Part shown: positions 62,355 through 64,000 of the stretch, one piece after another
How positions within the stretch are numbered: the first letter of the stretch is position 1
Layout of the letters: every line of letters starts with the position of its first letter
From: Candidatus Coprovivens sp.
Lineage (GTDB): Bacteria > Bacillota_I > Bacilli_A > RF39 > UBA660
DNA length: 64,000 nt
NCBI GenBank assembly: GCA_051892935.1
Contig: JBJFGS010000031.1
Coordinates: 68,838 to 132,837, forward strand
Reading direction: 5' to 3'
Translations under genes and position numbers: made by a program
Notes under the pieces: model-generated
Told to the model about the DNA's origin: nothing
What the model saw: only the letters and a program-made list of their open reading frames with translations
Databases searched by the model: none

Positions 62355-63938
62355 ATGAAGAAGTTAAAATATGTTTTTAGTTTTATGTTGTTATTCTTTA
62401 TTAGTATTTTAAGTGTAGATGCTGCTTCATTTAAAATATCAACTAATAAAAGCACTGTAGTAGTTGGAAATACTGTAAAAATAACTGTTGCTGTTAGTGG
62501 AAATGATGCTGCAGGGTGGGAATATTGTTTGAATTATGATACTTCTGTATTTACGCTTTCTAGTGCAACTTCTGATACAGGTGGAAAATGTGTTAAAACT
62601 GGTAGTACGTTAACTGGTTATAAATCTGTTACTTTTACATTAAAAGCTACCAAAAGCGGATCTTCTAAATTTTCTTTAAGTGGAGCTGCTATTTATAATG
62701 ATGATTTGGCTTTAATATCTAGTTCATATAATGAAGTAACTGTTAAAGCTAAGACACAAGCTGAAATAGAAGCAAGTTATAGTACTAATGATTATTTAAA
62801 AAGCTTAAGTGTTGAAGGATATGAAATTAATCCTGAATTTAATAAAGATACATTAAACTATACTTTAGAAGTTGAAAATGATGTAGAAAAAATAATAATA
62901 AAAGCAACTAAATCTGATAGTAGTGCTAGTATTTCAGGAACGGGAGAGAAAGAACTTACTGAAGGAATTAATAAGTTTAGTATTGTAGTTACTGCTGAAA
63001 AAGGAAATAAAAGAACTTATGTTATCGAAATAATTCGTAAGGAATTAAATCCAATTTATGTAAGTGTTGATGGAAAAGATTATACTATTGTTAGAAAAAA
63101 AGATGTAATGACTGCTCCTATTTACTATTCTTCTACTGAAATAGAAATTGATAATGAAATAATACCAGCTTATAAGAGTGATATAACAGGTTATGTTTTG
63201 GTAGGATTAAAAAATGAAAACGGAGATATATCATTATATAGATATGATGAATTAAGCGAAAAATACTATTCATATCAACAATTGAGTACAGAAAGTATTA
63301 CTTTAATTCCATTAGAAACAGATGAAGTAATAAAGGAATATGAAAATAAAAGAGAGATTACTATTAATGATAATAATGTAAAGGTATATGGAAATTCTAT
63401 TAATGATGATTTTGTTCTTATATATGGAATGAATGCTAGTAATGGTGAAACTAATTGGTATAAATTTGATATAAAAGAAAGTACTTTGCAAAGATATGAA
63501 GTATTAAAAGATGTTAATACAGAAGATAAAATAGATGTATACTTTATATTAACTATTGTATTTGTTGGATTATCTTTAATCTCTATATTACTTGTAATAG
63601 TATTATTATCTATGAATTCTAAACTTAGGAAGAAAAATGATAAATTAATTGATTTGTTAAAAAATTCAAAAAAAGATAATACTAAGGAATTAAAAGAAAA
63701 TTTGGGCGATTTTAAAGAAAAAGAAGTAGTTAACAAATCAGATGATTTAGATAATGGTGTTGAGCTATCTAAAAGAGAACAAAGAAGAATAGAAAAGCAA
63801 AAAGAAAAAAAACAACAAGATGAATTACGTAGAATGCAAGAAGACTTTTTGAAGACAGAAGTTAATGATATTATAGTTGATGATGTAGAACTTGAAGAAA
63901 GTACACCGGTTAGAAAAAGAGGAAGAAAGAAAAAGTAA
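62355..63938 (+). CDS. membrane-anchored protein: cohesin-like + cadherin-like beta-sandwich + C-terminal TM + charged tail
   Basis: Signal peptide; VVVGNTVKITV...LNYDTSVF...VTFTLKATKSG cohesin-like pattern; LKSLSVEGYEINPEF...IVVTAEKG..TYVI cadherin-like; TM near aa 395-418. Confidence 0.75.
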   Translation: MKKLKYVFSFMLLFFISILSVDAASFKISTNKSTVVVGNTVKITVAVSGNDAAGWEYCLNYDTSVFTLSSATSDTGGKCVKTGSTLTGYKSVTFTLKATKSGSSKFSLSGAAIYNDDLALISSSYNEVTVKAKTQAEIEASYSTNDYLKSLSVEGYEINPEFNKDTLNYTLEVENDVEKIIIKATKSDSSASISGTGEKELTEGINKFSIVVTAEKGNKRTYVIEIIRKELNPIYVSVDGKDYTIVRKKDVMTAPIYYSSTEIEIDNEIIPAYKSDITGYVLVGLKNENGDISLYRYDELSEKYYSYQQLSTESITLIPLETDEVIKEYENKREITINDNNVKVYGNSINDDFVLIYGMNASNGETNWYKFDIKESTLQRYEVLKDVNTEDKIDVYFILTIVFVGLSLISILLVIVLLSMNSKLRKKNDKLIDLLKNSKKDNTKELKENLGDFKEKEVVNKSDDLDNGVELSKREQRRIEKQKEKKQQDELRRMQEDFLKTEVNDIIVDDVELEESTPVRKRGRKKK

Positions 63939-63951
63939 CTTTTTCTTTTTC
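63928..63951 (+). terminator. terminator overlapping the stop codon
   Basis: agaaaaag-taa-ctttttct plus tttt; a second hairpin lies at ~63963-63988. Confidence 0.6.
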
Positions 63952-64000
63952 AGAGTGTAGACAAACCCCTAGATTTTTCTAGAGGTTTTCTTATGAATAA

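Noticed and set aside
60282-63938. True cellulosome linked to the GH10 enzyme
   Set aside because: The GH10 has no dockerin or signal peptide, the only dockerin seen is on a GH73 wall hydrolase, and the anchor has a single cohesin-like domain.

Overview
A very AT-rich (roughly 25% GC by eye) chromosomal window from a walled low-GC Bacilli/Firmicute. It uses the standard genetic code and carries ltaS, an LCP protein and a GH73 hydrolase; the style resembles gut RF39-like Bacilli (inference). Most genes lie on the + strand as short transcription units. Contents: mtnN; a frameshifted DUF3419-like gene; a GH10 hydrolase; an Asp T-box driving two tandem aspartyl-tRNA synthetases (bacterial type and archaeal type); HAD phosphatases; a MarR-regulated heterodimeric ABC exporter; a RelE-like pair; a queuosine-salvage + NUDIX pair; an XRE / secreted protein / ABC module with a perfect 15-bp operator-like inverted repeat; a membrane-anchored SF2 helicase; and lemA + DUF2207. 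A ~9.7 kb integrative mobilisable element sits at the 3' end of tRNA-Gly(GCC). It carries a large serine recombinase, TnpV, a MOBP relaxase, a PIN-like TM protein, AraC, and a DUF87/VirD4-like ATPase paired with a Cys-rich solenoid protein. The window ends in a cell-envelope cluster whose last two genes encode a dockerin-bearing GH73 peptidoglycan hydrolase and a membrane-anchored cohesin-like protein. The best candidates for an undescribed system are this cohesin-dockerin-tethered autolysin, the cargo of the integrated element, and the XRE / secreted protein / ABC module. All family calls come from motif recognition, not database searches.
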